Origin: an uncultured Actinomycetes bacterium
Lineage (GTDB): Bacteria; Actinomycetota; JAICYB01
DNA length: 64,000 nucleotides
Assembly (NCBI GenBank): GCA_964520325.1
Contig: CAZFOB010000001.1
Coordinates: 193,556 to 257,555 of the forward strand
Direction: 5' to 3'
Each line of letters begins with the position of its first letter. Positions within the stretch are counted from its first letter, which is position 1. Positions 8,658 through 18,432 of the stretch are shown here, in pieces. A program made the position numbers and the translations under genes. The notes under the pieces are model-generated. The model was not told where the DNA came from, made no database searches, and saw only the letters and a program-made list of their open reading frames with translations.

Positions 8658-9812
8658 TCAGCGCGCGGCGCTGAGGCGTTCGAGCGCGGTGACTGCGTCA
8701 GACGCGCCACCGTAGCCGGAGATCGTGACGGCCATCTGCTTCGCTGCGGCCCGGCACGTCGCGTCGTCGAGGACGCCGCGCGCCGCGTCGATGATCTCCG
8801 AGGCGTCGGCGTCCGGCATCAGCATCCGCCCCGCTCCCAGTGTCTGCACCTGCTCGGCGTTGAAGAACTGGTCGCGACCCATCGGCATGCACAGCAGGGG
8901 TACGCCGTTGCCAAGCGCCGACATCACGGTGCCGAGACCGGCATGCGTGATGACGAGGGACGTCGAGGGCAACAGCTCGGCGTGCGGGACGTACGACACA
9001 ACCTGCGTGTTGGCGCCGGCCGCCACGGTGGCCGGGTCGATCGACGGTCCGGTCGTGACGACCGCGCGGACCGGCAGTACCGCGACGGCATCCACGATCC
9101 GCTGGAGGAGCGCAGCCTGCCCCTGCTCGCTCGTGCTGAGACTCACGAGGACGAGAGGCGTCGATCCGTCCGTGACGTCGACGTCGTCGGTGGTCTTCAT
9201 GAGCGGTGGAGCGTCGAGCACGGGCCCCATGCGCACGACGTTGCCTGCGTCGCCCGCCTCGGGCTCGAACTCTATCGGCAACGCGACGATCGCGACGTCG
9301 CATGCGTCGTGCACGTCTCCGAGCTTCGCGACGGGAGCCAGCCCGAGCTCGTTCCTGTGCGCGTTCAGCCGCTCGAGACCGGGCGAGAACATCTCGACGA
9401 GCGGGCCGCCGCGGAAGATCGTGTAGGGCGTATGGACGAGCGTCGCGGTCGGCAAGCCCGACGCCTGAGCCACGTTCAGTGCACTCCACAACATGCAGTC
9501 GACCATCACCACGTCGGCCGGTTCGCGCTCCAGCTCGGCCGCCACGTCATCTGCGATATCGGAGCTGAAGCACAGCTGGTCCATCATCAGCTCGACCTCC
9601 GCCTCGAAGTCGTCGGGATCGTCCATCTCGTCCCACCCTTCAGGCTGCTCGAAAGAGATGAACCGCGCGCCGACGTCGCCGCAACGCTGGACGATCGTGT
9701 CGTGTCCGAGGATGCGGACGTCGTGTCCGGCCTCGACGAGGTGACGGGCGATGCCGAGCGTCGGCACGAGATTCCCCGCGCCGTCCCACGTCACGATCAG
9801 GTAACGGGCCAT
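8658..9812 (-). CDS. Glycosyltransferase family 1, MGT/UDP-glycosyltransferase type (macrolide-glycosyltransferase-like)
   Basis: 384 aa. MARYLIVTWDGAGNLVPTLGIARHLVEAGHDVRIL N-terminal acceptor domain and C-terminal UDP-sugar motif (HAGLGTVMSALGNGVPLLCMPMGRDQ). Confidence 0.85.
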   Translation of the reverse strand: MARYLIVTWDGAGNLVPTLGIARHLVEAGHDVRILGHDTIVQRCGDVGARFISFEQPEGWDEMDDPDDFEAEVELMMDQLCFSSDIADDVAAELEREPADVVMVDCMLWSALNVAQASGLPTATLVHTPYTIFRGGPLVEMFSPGLERLNAHRNELGLAPVAKLGDVHDACDVAIVALPIEFEPEAGDAGNVVRMGPVLDAPPLMKTTDDVDVTDGSTPLVLVSLSTSEQGQAALLQRIVDAVAVLPVRAVVTTGPSIDPATVAAGANTQVVSYVPHAELLPSTSLVITHAGLGTVMSALGNGVPLLCMPMGRDQFFNAEQVQTLGAGRMLMPDADASEIIDAARGVLDDATCRAAAKQMAVTISGYGGASDAVTALERLSAAR

Positions 9813-9837
9813 GAGCGATCCTCCCTCGACTCGGTCA

Positions 9838-9880
9838 CTTGACAGACTGTAAAGTAGGCTATGCTTGACAGCATGTCAAG
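9838..9880. promoter_or_regulatory. Divergent promoter region with two operator-like palindromes (CTTGACA-gac-TGTAAAG and CTTGACA-gca-TGTCAAG); putative -35 TTGACA / -10 TACTTT for the minus-strand GT gene
   Basis: Read directly: 7-3-7 inverted repeats at 9838-9854 and 9864-9880, the second overlapping the TetR start codon. On the minus strand, TTGACA (9879-9874) and TACTTT (9856-9851) are separated by 17 bp. Confidence 0.4.
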
Positions 9881-10466
9881 TGCGGGCCGGCCCGACACAC
9901 GCACGGCGATCCTCGAGTCGGCTCGCGTCCTGTTCGAAGAGCAGGGCTACTTCGGCGCGGCACTCGAAGCCGTCGGGAAGTTGGCCGGCGTCTCCCGGCA
10001 GGCGATCTATCTCCACTTCGCCTCGAAGGCCGACCTCCTCACCGAGCTGCATCTGCACATCTACGAGACGGACGTCGTCCCCGCACTCGAGCGTCATCCC
10101 ATATGGACGGCGCCGACTGCCCTCGAAGCGCTCGACGCAACCATCGCGGTGGACGCCGAGGTCGCGTCGAAGATCTGGAGGATCCATGAGGCCCTGGTCG
10201 TGGCGCGCCGGCATCATCCCGAGGTCGACGAGACGCTGCGGCCGCGAGAGGAGGAGCGTTACCAAGAGCTGGTGCGCCTGGGTCGCTGGCTCAAGAAGGA
10301 GGGTGAACTACCGCCGAGGACGAGCGCCGGGACCTTCGCCGACATGTTGTGGGGCCTGGGTTCCCTCGGCACCTTCCAGAACCTCGTCATCGAGCGCGGC
10401 TGGTCGATCGACCGGTGGACGAGATGGGTGCGCAACACGATCCGGGCCCAACTCATCGCTACGTAG
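9861..10466 (+). CDS. TetR/AcrR family transcriptional regulator
   Basis: 201 aa. N-terminal HTH RTAILESARVLFEEQGYFGAALEAVGKLAGVSRQAIYLHFASKADLL typical of TetR. Confidence 0.9.
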   Translation: MLDSMSSAGRPDTRTAILESARVLFEEQGYFGAALEAVGKLAGVSRQAIYLHFASKADLLTELHLHIYETDVVPALERHPIWTAPTALEALDATIAVDAEVASKIWRIHEALVVARRHHPEVDETLRPREEERYQELVRLGRWLKKEGELPPRTSAGTFADMLWGLGSLGTFQNLVIERGWSIDRWTRWVRNTIRAQLIAT

Positions 10467-10630
10467 CTTGCTGTTCGTCCGATCTGTTGACCTCCGAGGA
10501 CACTATCTGAACGCTCTGACCAGGAGGAATGCGACGCTGCTTCTGAGACCTGGTCGTTTTGGGGGCAAGCGCCTGGGAGCTGCGCAAAACTGCACCCGCC
10601 CGGGTCGTGACGATCGCGGCGCATCGCCGG

Positions 10631-13372
10631 TCAGTGTGTCTTCAGCGCGTACACGATGGCGTCCTCCTCGGACATCGCGCGGCCTTCGTCTCTGCAGCGG
10701 CGGGCCGTGTCGCGATCGAGCGCTTCTCGGAGGAGAGCGACGTAGTGCTTGTAGATGGCATAGGTGTGTCCCGACGGAATGTTCCGCCCAGCATCGATGG
10801 TCCGCGCGCGAACCCAGGCGAACAAACGCGAGGAGCGCTGGTGATCGCCGGAAACGTAGGCGATGCCTGCATAGCCCGCGATGAGTTGCTCCACGGCCCA
10901 GGCCGACCGCGACTCGCCACGCCCGAAGATCTCGAGCTGCTCGGCCAGCAGATCGAGTGCGCGGGCTGGCTGGCCGGCGCCGGCTATCGCTACCAAGGCT
11001 GCGGTCGTCGCTACCTCGAGGAACGGCCTCCGCGTTGCGCGGACGAAATCGATGTATCGCGTGGCCGCCTCGAGAGCCCGCTCGTTGTCGCCGAGGATGT
11101 GTGATGTTGTCGCGATGAACCCCCACGAGCCGACGTCCCTTAGGTTGAGCGCAACGGCCGCTTCGCTGGCCTCTGCTGCTTTGTGGATGTCTCCCAGGGT
11201 GAGTTCCACGAGTGCTCGGACCGTCAGGACGTGCGACCGCGAACTGGCGGAGAAGTGCTCCGTGAGCTCGTCGGCTCGGTCGAGATCTGATCGAGCTGCC
11301 GTCGCAAGCTCAGCGTCACCGATCCATTGGGAACGCACGGCGCGGTTGATCGCCCTCTGTGCGAGGGCCCGGAGCAACGGGATGCTGGGCTCGGTGCCCC
11401 CCGCTGCGACGGCACGTTCCGCGAGATCCAGCGCCTTGACCGGGTCCGACCACCCAAAGCCGGCCAGGTTCGCGGCAGAGGAAAGCGCGGCGGCGCGCTC
11501 TGCTGGTGTGAGTTCAAGATCCTCGGGACGCGCCTTCGTCAGCCAGCTATAGCCCTCGCGCGCAAGACCGGAAGCGACCCACAGATTCCCGACGCGCGCG
11601 GCCATCGCGACGACGACGTCCCGCCTGCCCTGGGCCTCGGAGAACTCCAGAGCAGCGCGCAGATTGGAAAGCTCAGAAGAGAACATGGAGCGCGAGGTGG
11701 ACAGGGGAAGAAAGACGTCCTCCCAGTCGACCGACTCTCCAAAGGCCTTGAACCAGTCTCGATGGCGCGACCTGAACTCATCGGCTTCGCCGGCTGCACG
11801 CAGCTGTTCCGAGGCGTAGAGGCGCACGGTCTCAAGCAACCGGTAGCGCGCCTCGGTCCCTGCGTCGTTCGCATCGACAAGCGACTTCGCTACAAGCGAA
11901 GCGAGCAGGTCGAGGACGTCGTCCTCCAACAAGTCCTCTCCCGAGCAGATCCCCTCGGCTGCGGGGATCGTGAAGGAGCCGGGGAAGACCGCAAGCCGGC
12001 GGAGCAGGACCTGTTCATCGGTCGACAGGAGCTCGTAGCTCCAGTCAAGTGTCGCTTGCAACGTTTGCTGGCGTTGGACGCGACCGCGTCCTCCGGTGAG
12101 GAGGCGGAACCCTTCCTTGAGGCGCTCGGCGATGTCGTGGGGCGGCAGGTGTGAGATGCGGGCGGCAGCGAACTCGATGGCGAGCGGGATGCCGTCGAGG
12201 CGCCGGCAGATGTCGGTGACAGCAGCGGCGTTGTCGGGCGTCAGCTCGAAGTTGGGTCGGACGGCCTTGGCCCGAGCTACGAAAAGACCGACCGCTTCAG
12301 ATGTCTGAGCGCCCTCAGCGTCGGCGGGCAAAGAAAGCGATGGGATCTGCCAGAGCTGTTCGCCTTGCACCGCCAATCCCTCTCTGCTCGTCGCCAGCAC
12401 CGTGACGCGCGGACAGTCGGCGAGGATGCGGTCGGCGATCTCGGCGCACCCGTCGAGCATGTGCTCACAGTTGTCGAGGATGACCAGACAGTCGCGTTGC
12501 GAAAGGAATCCGAGCAGGAGTGCATCCGAAGGCCCGGCTGGAGTCGCCCCGGTGCTGGTGTCGGCGGCGAGCGGAAGTCCGACGGCGCCTGCGATAGCGG
12601 GAACGATCGCGTCGACCGTCGAGATCGGCCCGAGGTCAACGAAGAACACGCCGTCTGGGTTTGTGTCGAGCGATTCGGCTCCGACTTGCAAGGCGAGGCG
12701 TGTCTTCCCACACCCACCGATGCCGGTCAACGTGACGAGCCGATGACCTTCGAGAAGGCTACGCACGTCGGCGATCTCGCGTTCACGACCGACGAATGTC
12801 GAGCGCTGCAACGGGAGGTTGTGGGTGAAGTGCTCGAGCGAGCGCAACGCCGGGAAGTCGTTCGGAAGTTGCTCGCCTGTGACCTGGAATAGCCGCTGTG
12901 CCTCCTCGAGATCTTTGAGGCGATGTGCCCCCAAGTCCTTCAGCTGTGTATCCGTCCCGATGAGATCCGCCGTCGTCTGCGAGATCAGGATCTGTCCGCC
13001 GTGACCGGCGTCGCACACGCGTTTCGCCCGGTGCACGTCGTGACCGATGTAGTCGCCCTCCCGGACGACTGCGTCGCCTGTATGCAGCCCCATGCGCACA
13101 CGAAGCTGTTGTGAAGTGAGGGCGCGCTGTCCGTCAATGGCCGCTGCAACGGCATCCTCGGCTCGTGCGAATGCAACGAAGAATGCGTCTCCCTCAGTCC
13201 CGACCTCATGGCCGGCGTGGGCGCTGAAGGCTTGTCTTAGAAGCTCGCGATGCGCTCCGAGCGCGTCGGCGTACCGCTCGTTCCCCATCGCCCCGACCGT
13301 CTGCGTTGACCGCTCAATGTCGGTGAACAGGAAAGTGACAGTGCCGGTCGGTAGCTCTGGGTTGCGCGCCAT
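10631..13372 (-). CDS. Adenylate/guanylate cyclase domain protein fused to a STAND (NB-ARC-like) ATPase and TPR repeats
   Basis: 913 aa. N-terminal class III cyclase motifs (VTFLFTDIERST...GDAFFVAF...HTGDAVVREGDYIGHDVHRAKR), Walker A LTGIGGCGKTRLA, and a long C-terminal helical repeat region. Confidence 0.85.
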   Translation of the reverse strand: MARNPELPTGTVTFLFTDIERSTQTVGAMGNERYADALGAHRELLRQAFSAHAGHEVGTEGDAFFVAFARAEDAVAAAIDGQRALTSQQLRVRMGLHTGDAVVREGDYIGHDVHRAKRVCDAGHGGQILISQTTADLIGTDTQLKDLGAHRLKDLEEAQRLFQVTGEQLPNDFPALRSLEHFTHNLPLQRSTFVGREREIADVRSLLEGHRLVTLTGIGGCGKTRLALQVGAESLDTNPDGVFFVDLGPISTVDAIVPAIAGAVGLPLAADTSTGATPAGPSDALLLGFLSQRDCLVILDNCEHMLDGCAEIADRILADCPRVTVLATSREGLAVQGEQLWQIPSLSLPADAEGAQTSEAVGLFVARAKAVRPNFELTPDNAAAVTDICRRLDGIPLAIEFAAARISHLPPHDIAERLKEGFRLLTGGRGRVQRQQTLQATLDWSYELLSTDEQVLLRRLAVFPGSFTIPAAEGICSGEDLLEDDVLDLLASLVAKSLVDANDAGTEARYRLLETVRLYASEQLRAAGEADEFRSRHRDWFKAFGESVDWEDVFLPLSTSRSMFSSELSNLRAALEFSEAQGRRDVVVAMAARVGNLWVASGLAREGYSWLTKARPEDLELTPAERAAALSSAANLAGFGWSDPVKALDLAERAVAAGGTEPSIPLLRALAQRAINRAVRSQWIGDAELATAARSDLDRADELTEHFSASSRSHVLTVRALVELTLGDIHKAAEASEAAVALNLRDVGSWGFIATTSHILGDNERALEAATRYIDFVRATRRPFLEVATTAALVAIAGAGQPARALDLLAEQLEIFGRGESRSAWAVEQLIAGYAGIAYVSGDHQRSSRLFAWVRARTIDAGRNIPSGHTYAIYKHYVALLREALDRDTARRCRDEGRAMSEEDAIVYALKTH

Positions 13373-13514
13373 CTCCTCACGAGGATAGGTGGCGCTCCGA
13401 ACGGAGACCTCAGGTGATCACATCGAAGCTCGAAAACGTTCTACCCCTATGAGGTCTGGGCATCGGCACAATCAGAAGTCCGACTACTAGGCAATTCTGG
13501 ATGCCGAACCGGCG

Positions 13515-13586
13515 TGGGCGTCCGAGGAATCGAACCTCGCACATCTACCTTGTAAGGGTAGCGCTCTACCACTGAGCTAGACGCCC
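13515..13586 (-). tRNA. tRNA-Val (anticodon TAC)
   Basis: Reverse complement GGGCGTCTAGCTCAGTGGTAGAGCGCTACCCTTACAAGGTAGATGTGCGAGGTTCGATTCCTCGGACGCCCA folds as a cloverleaf: 7-bp acceptor stem, GTGGTAGAGC D-arm, anticodon loop CTTACAA, GGTTCGATTCC T-arm. CCA is not encoded. Confidence 0.9.
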
Positions 13587-13610
13587 GAACTGTTCAGTCT
13601 AGGTCGGGAG

Positions 13611-14870
13611 CTACTTGTCGATCGGCTCCGTCGAGTCGGGGTCCCAGTACTTCTTGCTCTCGAGCTCCGGCGGACGGTACTCCTGCTCCACGTAGTTCCC
13701 GGGGAAGTTGTGCGGGTACTTGTAGCCCTTGCCCTCCCGGGCGAGCGTGCGTTGCCGCTCCTTGTCGGAGTCGGACAGATGCGGAGGAACTTCGTGCGAC
13801 CGCTCGTGGATATCCGTCTTCGCGGCGATCATCGCTCGCATGACCGCGTTCGACTTCGGCGCGAGCGACAGATACACGGCCGCCTGCGCGAGAGCGAACG
13901 CCGACTCAGGCAGTCCGACGTACTCGTTGGCTTGTGCGGCAGCGACCGCCACAACCAGCGCCTGAGGATCGGCCATCCCGATGTCCTCCGACGCAAGCAC
14001 GATCATCCGGCGCGCGATGAACTTCGGATCCTCTCCCCCTTCGATCATCTCGAAGAGCCAGAACAGCGCAGCGTCCGGATCCGATCCGCGCATCGATTTG
14101 ATGAACGCCGAGATCACGTCGTAGTGGCGGTCCTGCGCCTTGTCGTAGCGGATCGCCCGTCGCGCCAGCGCTTGATGCGCATCGTCGAGCGAGATGCGCG
14201 ATGCGCCGCGGGCTGCCGCCACCTCGGCCCCCGCTTCGAGGGCGTTTAAGGCGGTGCGCGCGTCGCCGCCGCTCTTGTCCGCGATCCAGTCGAGAGCGTC
14301 GTCGTCGGCTTGGGTGCCCGGCAGTCCGCGCTCGTCGGTAAGGGCGCGTTGCAACAACGTCTTGACGTCCTCCGGATCGAGTGGCTCCAGGCGGAAGAGG
14401 AGCGATCTCGAGAGCAGCGGCGAGTTCACCTCGAAGAACGGGTTCTCCGTAGTGGCGCCGATCAGCACGATCACACCTTCCTCGACGGCACCGAGGAAGG
14501 CGTCCTGCTGTGCGCGATTGAAGCGGTGGATCTCGTCGAGGAAGAGGACCGTTCGACCGAACTTCCGTGCGTTGCTGATGACCTTCCGGACGTCGGCGAC
14601 GCCGGAGGAGATCGCCGACAGCTTCTCGACGGGCGCGTTGGTGCGGTCGGCGACGATGTGGGCGATCGTCGTCTTGCCCGTGCCCGCCGGCCCCCAGAGG
14701 ATCGCCGAGCGGAGCTCGTCGCGTTCGATGAGTGCCCGCAGCGTCGTCCCGGGGCCGATCACCTGCAGCTGCCCGACGATCTCGTCGATCGACGCCGGAC
14801 GCATGCGCGCGGCCAGTGGGGGCCGGGACCCCACGCCTTCTGCGTCATCGAAGAGCTTGTCGTCGCCCAC
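13611..14870 (-). CDS. rarA: Replication-associated recombination protein A (RarA/MgsA AAA+ ATPase)
   Basis: 419 aa. GPAGTGKTT Walker A, VLFLDEIHRFN Walker B/sensor, C-terminal MgsA helical lid. Confidence 0.9.
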   Translation of the reverse strand: MGDDKLFDDAEGVGSRPPLAARMRPASIDEIVGQLQVIGPGTTLRALIERDELRSAILWGPAGTGKTTIAHIVADRTNAPVEKLSAISSGVADVRKVISNARKFGRTVLFLDEIHRFNRAQQDAFLGAVEEGVIVLIGATTENPFFEVNSPLLSRSLLFRLEPLDPEDVKTLLQRALTDERGLPGTQADDDALDWIADKSGGDARTALNALEAGAEVAAARGASRISLDDAHQALARRAIRYDKAQDRHYDVISAFIKSMRGSDPDAALFWLFEMIEGGEDPKFIARRMIVLASEDIGMADPQALVVAVAAAQANEYVGLPESAFALAQAAVYLSLAPKSNAVMRAMIAAKTDIHERSHEVPPHLSDSDKERQRTLAREGKGYKYPHNFPGNYVEQEYRPPELESKKYWDPDSTEPIDK

Positions 14871-14891
14871 ACCATGACGGTAGTCGCACGG

Positions 14892-15317
14892 CTAGACGAG
14901 GACGAGTCGGAACCCTTCGCGTCGAGCGGCGTCCGAGAGGCGCTTGTCGGCGGCAAAGAACGACTCACCGGTCGGTTGCCCATTCGCCCACGTCATCGCT
15001 GCGCCGAGTTGCAACGCATCGGCAGCACGGAGCTCGTGTCGGAGCACCACGTTGCCCGCGTAGGAGCGCACCGACTGGGTGGGCTCGATCTCGATCCAAT
15101 TCTCGCTCAGCAGAGCAAGCGCACCACGAGCAGCGTTGGCGGTGTCTGGCGTGATCGTCCCTTGCTGTTCCCGCCACGCCACAGCAGTTAGGCACTCGAC
15201 CGGCGTAGCCCACCACACGACCACGTCGCCGTCCTGTTCCAGGACTTCGCGAACTTCAGCCGTGTTCGGCTCTCGAACAAGAAGTGGGACCAGGGCTGAG
15301 GTGTCCCAGAAGATCAC
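14892..15317 (-). CDS. vapC: PIN-domain toxin VapC (type II TA)
   Basis: 141 aa from GTG: MIFWDTSALVPLL...ADALQLGAA with the PIN acidic residues. GTGA overlap with the upstream antitoxin stop. The track ORF 14892-15620 is a read-through artefact. Confidence 0.8.
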   Translation of the reverse strand: MIFWDTSALVPLLVREPNTAEVREVLEQDGDVVVWWATPVECLTAVAWREQQGTITPDTANAARGALALLSENWIEIEPTQSVRSYAGNVVLRHELRAADALQLGAAMTWANGQPTGESFFAADKRLSDAARREGFRLVLV

Positions 15318-15613
15318 AAGCCCGCTTCGCGATCTTCGATCACAGCTGCGCGGACGCTTCCCTCTGGGTCTTGTCCACGCGGAAGTTTCCAGAACTCGTC
15401 CCAGAACTCTTTCGTCCGAGGCCGCTTCGGCGGTCGCATCTGTCCCGATCGGATGAGTCGCGCCATGCGTTCGTCCTCCGGTACTGATGCGACAGGCCCA
15501 AGTTCGGCGATGGGCCGGCCCCGGTCCGTCACGACGATGCGTTCTCCCGCGGTTGCACGTCGCAGGTGCTCGGACAGGTGCGACTTCAGTTCGGAGATCG
15601 AAACAGGTCTCAT
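15314..15613 (-). CDS. Phd/YefM-family antitoxin
   Basis: 99 aa. MRPVSISELKSHLSEHLRRATAGERIVVTDRGRPIAEL is the classic Phd/YefM N-terminus; 4-nt overlap with vapC. Confidence 0.8.
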   Translation of the reverse strand: MRPVSISELKSHLSEHLRRATAGERIVVTDRGRPIAELGPVASVPEDERMARLIRSGQMRPPKRPRTKEFWDEFWKLPRGQDPEGSVRAAVIEDREAGL

Positions 15614-15643
15614 AGGTCATCAGTATGTGACCAGATAGGTCTG

Positions 15644-16606
15644 TCAGGGCGTGAACAGGTACTTCAGCCCCGGCTCGAAGCCGAGCTCGCGCTTGACCTC
15701 TTCGGCGACCGATCCGAACTCCACGCCGAGGAAGTTTCCGAAGCCACCGGGCGCCCGGTACTCCACCAGCTTCGCGTCTGAGCGATCGAGATCGGCGAGC
15801 CCCAGCGCTTCGTCGTACGCGTCGTCGAGGTCGCCGAAGGCGTCGATGAGGCCGTTGTCCTTCGCGTCGGCGCCCGAATAGGGACGTCCGTCCGCGAGCT
15901 TGCGCACGGCGTCCTCGTCCATGTCTCTTCCTTCGGCGACGGTGGCGACGAACTGGTCGTAGGACTCGTCAAGCAGACGCTGATAGATCGCACGATCCTT
16001 GTCGGTCATCTCGCGGAACGGTGAGCCCGTGTCCTTCGAGGCGCCGGACTTCAAGATGATCGGCTTCGCGCCGAGCTTCTGGACGGTGCCTTCGAGGTTG
16101 AAGAGGACGGCGATCACGCCGATCGAACCAGTGATCGTGCTGCGGTTGGCGATGATCCGCTCGGCTTGCGACGCGATGTAGTACCCACCGGATGCGGCGA
16201 GATCACCCATCGACGCAACAACCGGCTTCTCCTCGCTCAATCGCGAGACCGCGCGCGCGATGTCGTCGGACGCAACGACCGCACCGCCCGGAGAGTCGAT
16301 GCGCAGGATCACCGCGGAAACCTTGTCATCGTCGGAGGCTTGGCGGAGCTGTCCGATGACGTCGAGTGCGCCGGCTCCACCGTCGCCGAACAAGCTCGGT
16401 GCGCTCTCTCCACCGTGGATCTCACCGAACACGTCGACCACCGCGACTTTCTTCAAACCACCGCCCTGCAGATGCTTCTCGACCCAGTCACCCCCACCGG
16501 CCAGACGTCCGAGTGAAACTGCGATCAGGACACCGAACCCGAGGACCACGATGAGAACCACGGAGACGGCCCCGACGATCAGCGCGATCCAACCCCTGCG
16601 GCTCAC
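15644..16606 (-). CDS. sppA: Signal peptide peptidase SppA (36K type)
   Basis: 320 aa. N-terminal TM, ClpP/crotonase-like fold with [14 protein letters not shown] serine motif. GTG start overlaps the aspS stop. Confidence 0.85.
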   Translation of the reverse strand: MSRRGWIALIVGAVSVVLIVVLGFGVLIAVSLGRLAGGGDWVEKHLQGGGLKKVAVVDVFGEIHGGESAPSLFGDGGAGALDVIGQLRQASDDDKVSAVILRIDSPGGAVVASDDIARAVSRLSEEKPVVASMGDLAASGGYYIASQAERIIANRSTITGSIGVIAVLFNLEGTVQKLGAKPIILKSGASKDTGSPFREMTDKDRAIYQRLLDESYDQFVATVAEGRDMDEDAVRKLADGRPYSGADAKDNGLIDAFGDLDDAYDEALGLADLDRSDAKLVEYRAPGGFGNFLGVEFGSVAEEVKRELGFEPGLKYLFTP

Positions 16607-18432
16607 GACTTCTCCTCTCCAAGAACGCGCAGACCGAGATCGCGAAGGAGGATCGGGTCAACCGACGCTGGCGCTCCTGTCAGCAGGTCGCTTCCGGTCT
16701 GGGTCTTCGGAAACGCCAGCACGTCGCGCAGCGACGTCGAACCGGTGAGCGCCATGACCACGCGGTCGACGCCCATCCCGACGCCGCCGTGCGGTGGCGC
16801 GCCGTGCGCGAGCGCTTCGAGGAACCAGCCGAACCGCGCCTCGATCTCCTCGGAGCTCAAGCCCAGCACCTCGAAGACCTTGCGCTGCAGATCCACACGA
16901 TGCATCCGGATCGATCCGCTGAGCAGCTCCATCCCGTTGATCACGAGGTCGTACTGCTGCGACTTCGCGTTCGCCGGGTCGGTCGCGAACGTTTCGAGCG
17001 TGTCCGGGGTCGGCGCATAGAACGGATTGCCGGCCGATTGCCATTCCCCTTTGGCCCCTTGGGCCCCTTGGGCCCCTTGGGCACCGCCATCGGTCTGTTC
17101 GAACATCGGCATGTCGATGATCCACGCGAACCGCCAGTCCGCTGGCTCCGCTGTGCTCGTGATCCATCCGAGCTCCCGCGCAAGCTGAACACGCAGAGCC
17201 CCGAGAACCTTGCTCGCCAGCCGTGGCTCGTCGGCGGCCAGAAGGAGGAGGTCACCGTTGCCGGCCTCGAGCTCCCGTCTGATCCCCGCAAGCTCGTCCT
17301 CGGACAAGAACTTCGCGATCGGCGCCCGCAGGCCGATCGAACCGTCGGTGGCGGGCTCGGCGACCATCCACACCAAGCCTTTGGCACCCAGCTCCTTCGC
17401 ACGGTCGATCAGTCCGTCGAGCATCGTTCGCGAAGCGTCGGTACCTGCACCGGCTACGCGCAGTCCCCGCACCGCTCCCCCGGCCTGAAGAGTCGCGCCG
17501 AACGCGTTGAACGTGGTTGCGGCGAACACGGCCGACAGATCGACGATGGCCGGCCCGGCTGCTTCGCGCATGTCGGGCTGATCGGTGCCGTAGGACCCGA
17601 GCGCGTCGTCGAAGCTGATCCGCGCGAACGGCACGTCGATCTCACAACCGAGTGCCTCCCGCCACACGCGCGCCATGAGCTGTTCCACGATCGCGAGGAT
17701 GTCGTCGCGTTCGACGAACGCCATCTCGAAGTCGAGCTGCACGTGCTCGATCTGGCGATCCGCACGCGGGTCCTCGTCCCGGAAGCACGGCGCGAGCTGG
17801 TAGTAGCGCTCGATGCCACCGACCATCAGCGTCTGCTTGTAGAGCTGCGGCGACTGCGCGAGCGCATAGAAGCTTCCGCGCTGGTGACGCGACGGAACGA
17901 TGAAGTCGCGCGAGCCCTCGGGGGTCGAGCGCGTCATGATCGGCGTCTCGACCTCGATGAAGTCGAGCTCTTCGAAATGGTCACGGATGGTCTTGCGCAC
18001 CTGAGAGCGGAGAGAAAGCGATCGCTGCATCTTCGCGCGCCGAAGATCGATGTATCGGTGACGCAGGCGTGTCGTCTCCTCGGCTTCGACGTCGTCGCTC
18101 ACCGGGAACGGCAACGGCGGACACTCCGATAGGACCTCGACAAGCTCCGCGACGATCTCGATCTCTCCCGTCGGGAGCTTCGGGTTGCGCGTGCCCTCCG
18201 GTCGCATGCGCACCTCGCCGGTCACCTTCACGCACCATTCGTCCCGCACACGATGTGCGACCTCGGCAACGTCCGATGCCTCGCAAACCACTTGCACGAC
18301 CCCGGATGCATCGCGAACGTCGACGAACTTCACGCCACCATGGTCACGGTGGGCGTTCACCCAGCCGGCGATCGCAACGTTGCTCCCCGCATCGCCGGCT
18401 GTCAGCGCTCCCGCGCCGTGAGTCCTGATCAC
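16603..18432 (-). CDS. aspS: Aspartate--tRNA ligase
   Basis: 609 aa. N-terminal OB anticodon-binding domain, class II motifs ([11 protein letters not shown]; GGGIGWDR-like C-terminus). Contains a (GAQ)3-4 insertion. Confidence 0.95.
   Translation of the reverse strand: MIRTHGAGALTAGDAGSNVAIAGWVNAHRDHGGVKFVDVRDASGVVQVVCEASDVAEVAHRVRDEWCVKVTGEVRMRPEGTRNPKLPTGEIEIVAELVEVLSECPPLPFPVSDDVEAEETTRLRHRYIDLRRAKMQRSLSLRSQVRKTIRDHFEELDFIEVETPIMTRSTPEGSRDFIVPSRHQRGSFYALAQSPQLYKQTLMVGGIERYYQLAPCFRDEDPRADRQIEHVQLDFEMAFVERDDILAIVEQLMARVWREALGCEIDVPFARISFDDALGSYGTDQPDMREAAGPAIVDLSAVFAATTFNAFGATLQAGGAVRGLRVAGAGTDASRTMLDGLIDRAKELGAKGLVWMVAEPATDGSIGLRAPIAKFLSEDELAGIRRELEAGNGDLLLLAADEPRLASKVLGALRVQLARELGWITSTAEPADWRFAWIIDMPMFEQTDGGAQGAQGAQGAKGEWQSAGNPFYAPTPDTLETFATDPANAKSQQYDLVINGMELLSGSIRMHRVDLQRKVFEVLGLSSEEIEARFGWFLEALAHGAPPHGGVGMGVDRVVMALTGSTSLRDVLAFPKTQTGSDLLTGAPASVDPILLRDLGLRVLGEEKS
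17046..17081. repeat. 9-bp tandem repeat (CCCCTTGGG x3 perfect + 1 imperfect) inside aspS, encoding [13 protein letters not shown]
   Basis: Direct reading of 17046-17081; in frame, so it expands a surface loop just before the conserved xPFxxP motif. Confidence 0.9.

Noticed and set aside
10518-10560. GACCAGG ... CCTGGTC inverted repeat followed by GTTTT between convergent tetR and cyclase-STAND genes, possible bidirectional terminator
   Set aside because: The loop is about 24 nt and the stem only 7 bp, which is weak for an intrinsic terminator. Left unannotated.
14892-15620. 242-aa single ORF
   Set aside because: It is two overlapping genes: a Phd antitoxin in another frame (15314-15613) and a 141-aa VapC from GTG 15317. 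The N-terminal 100 residues of the long ORF are a frame artefact.
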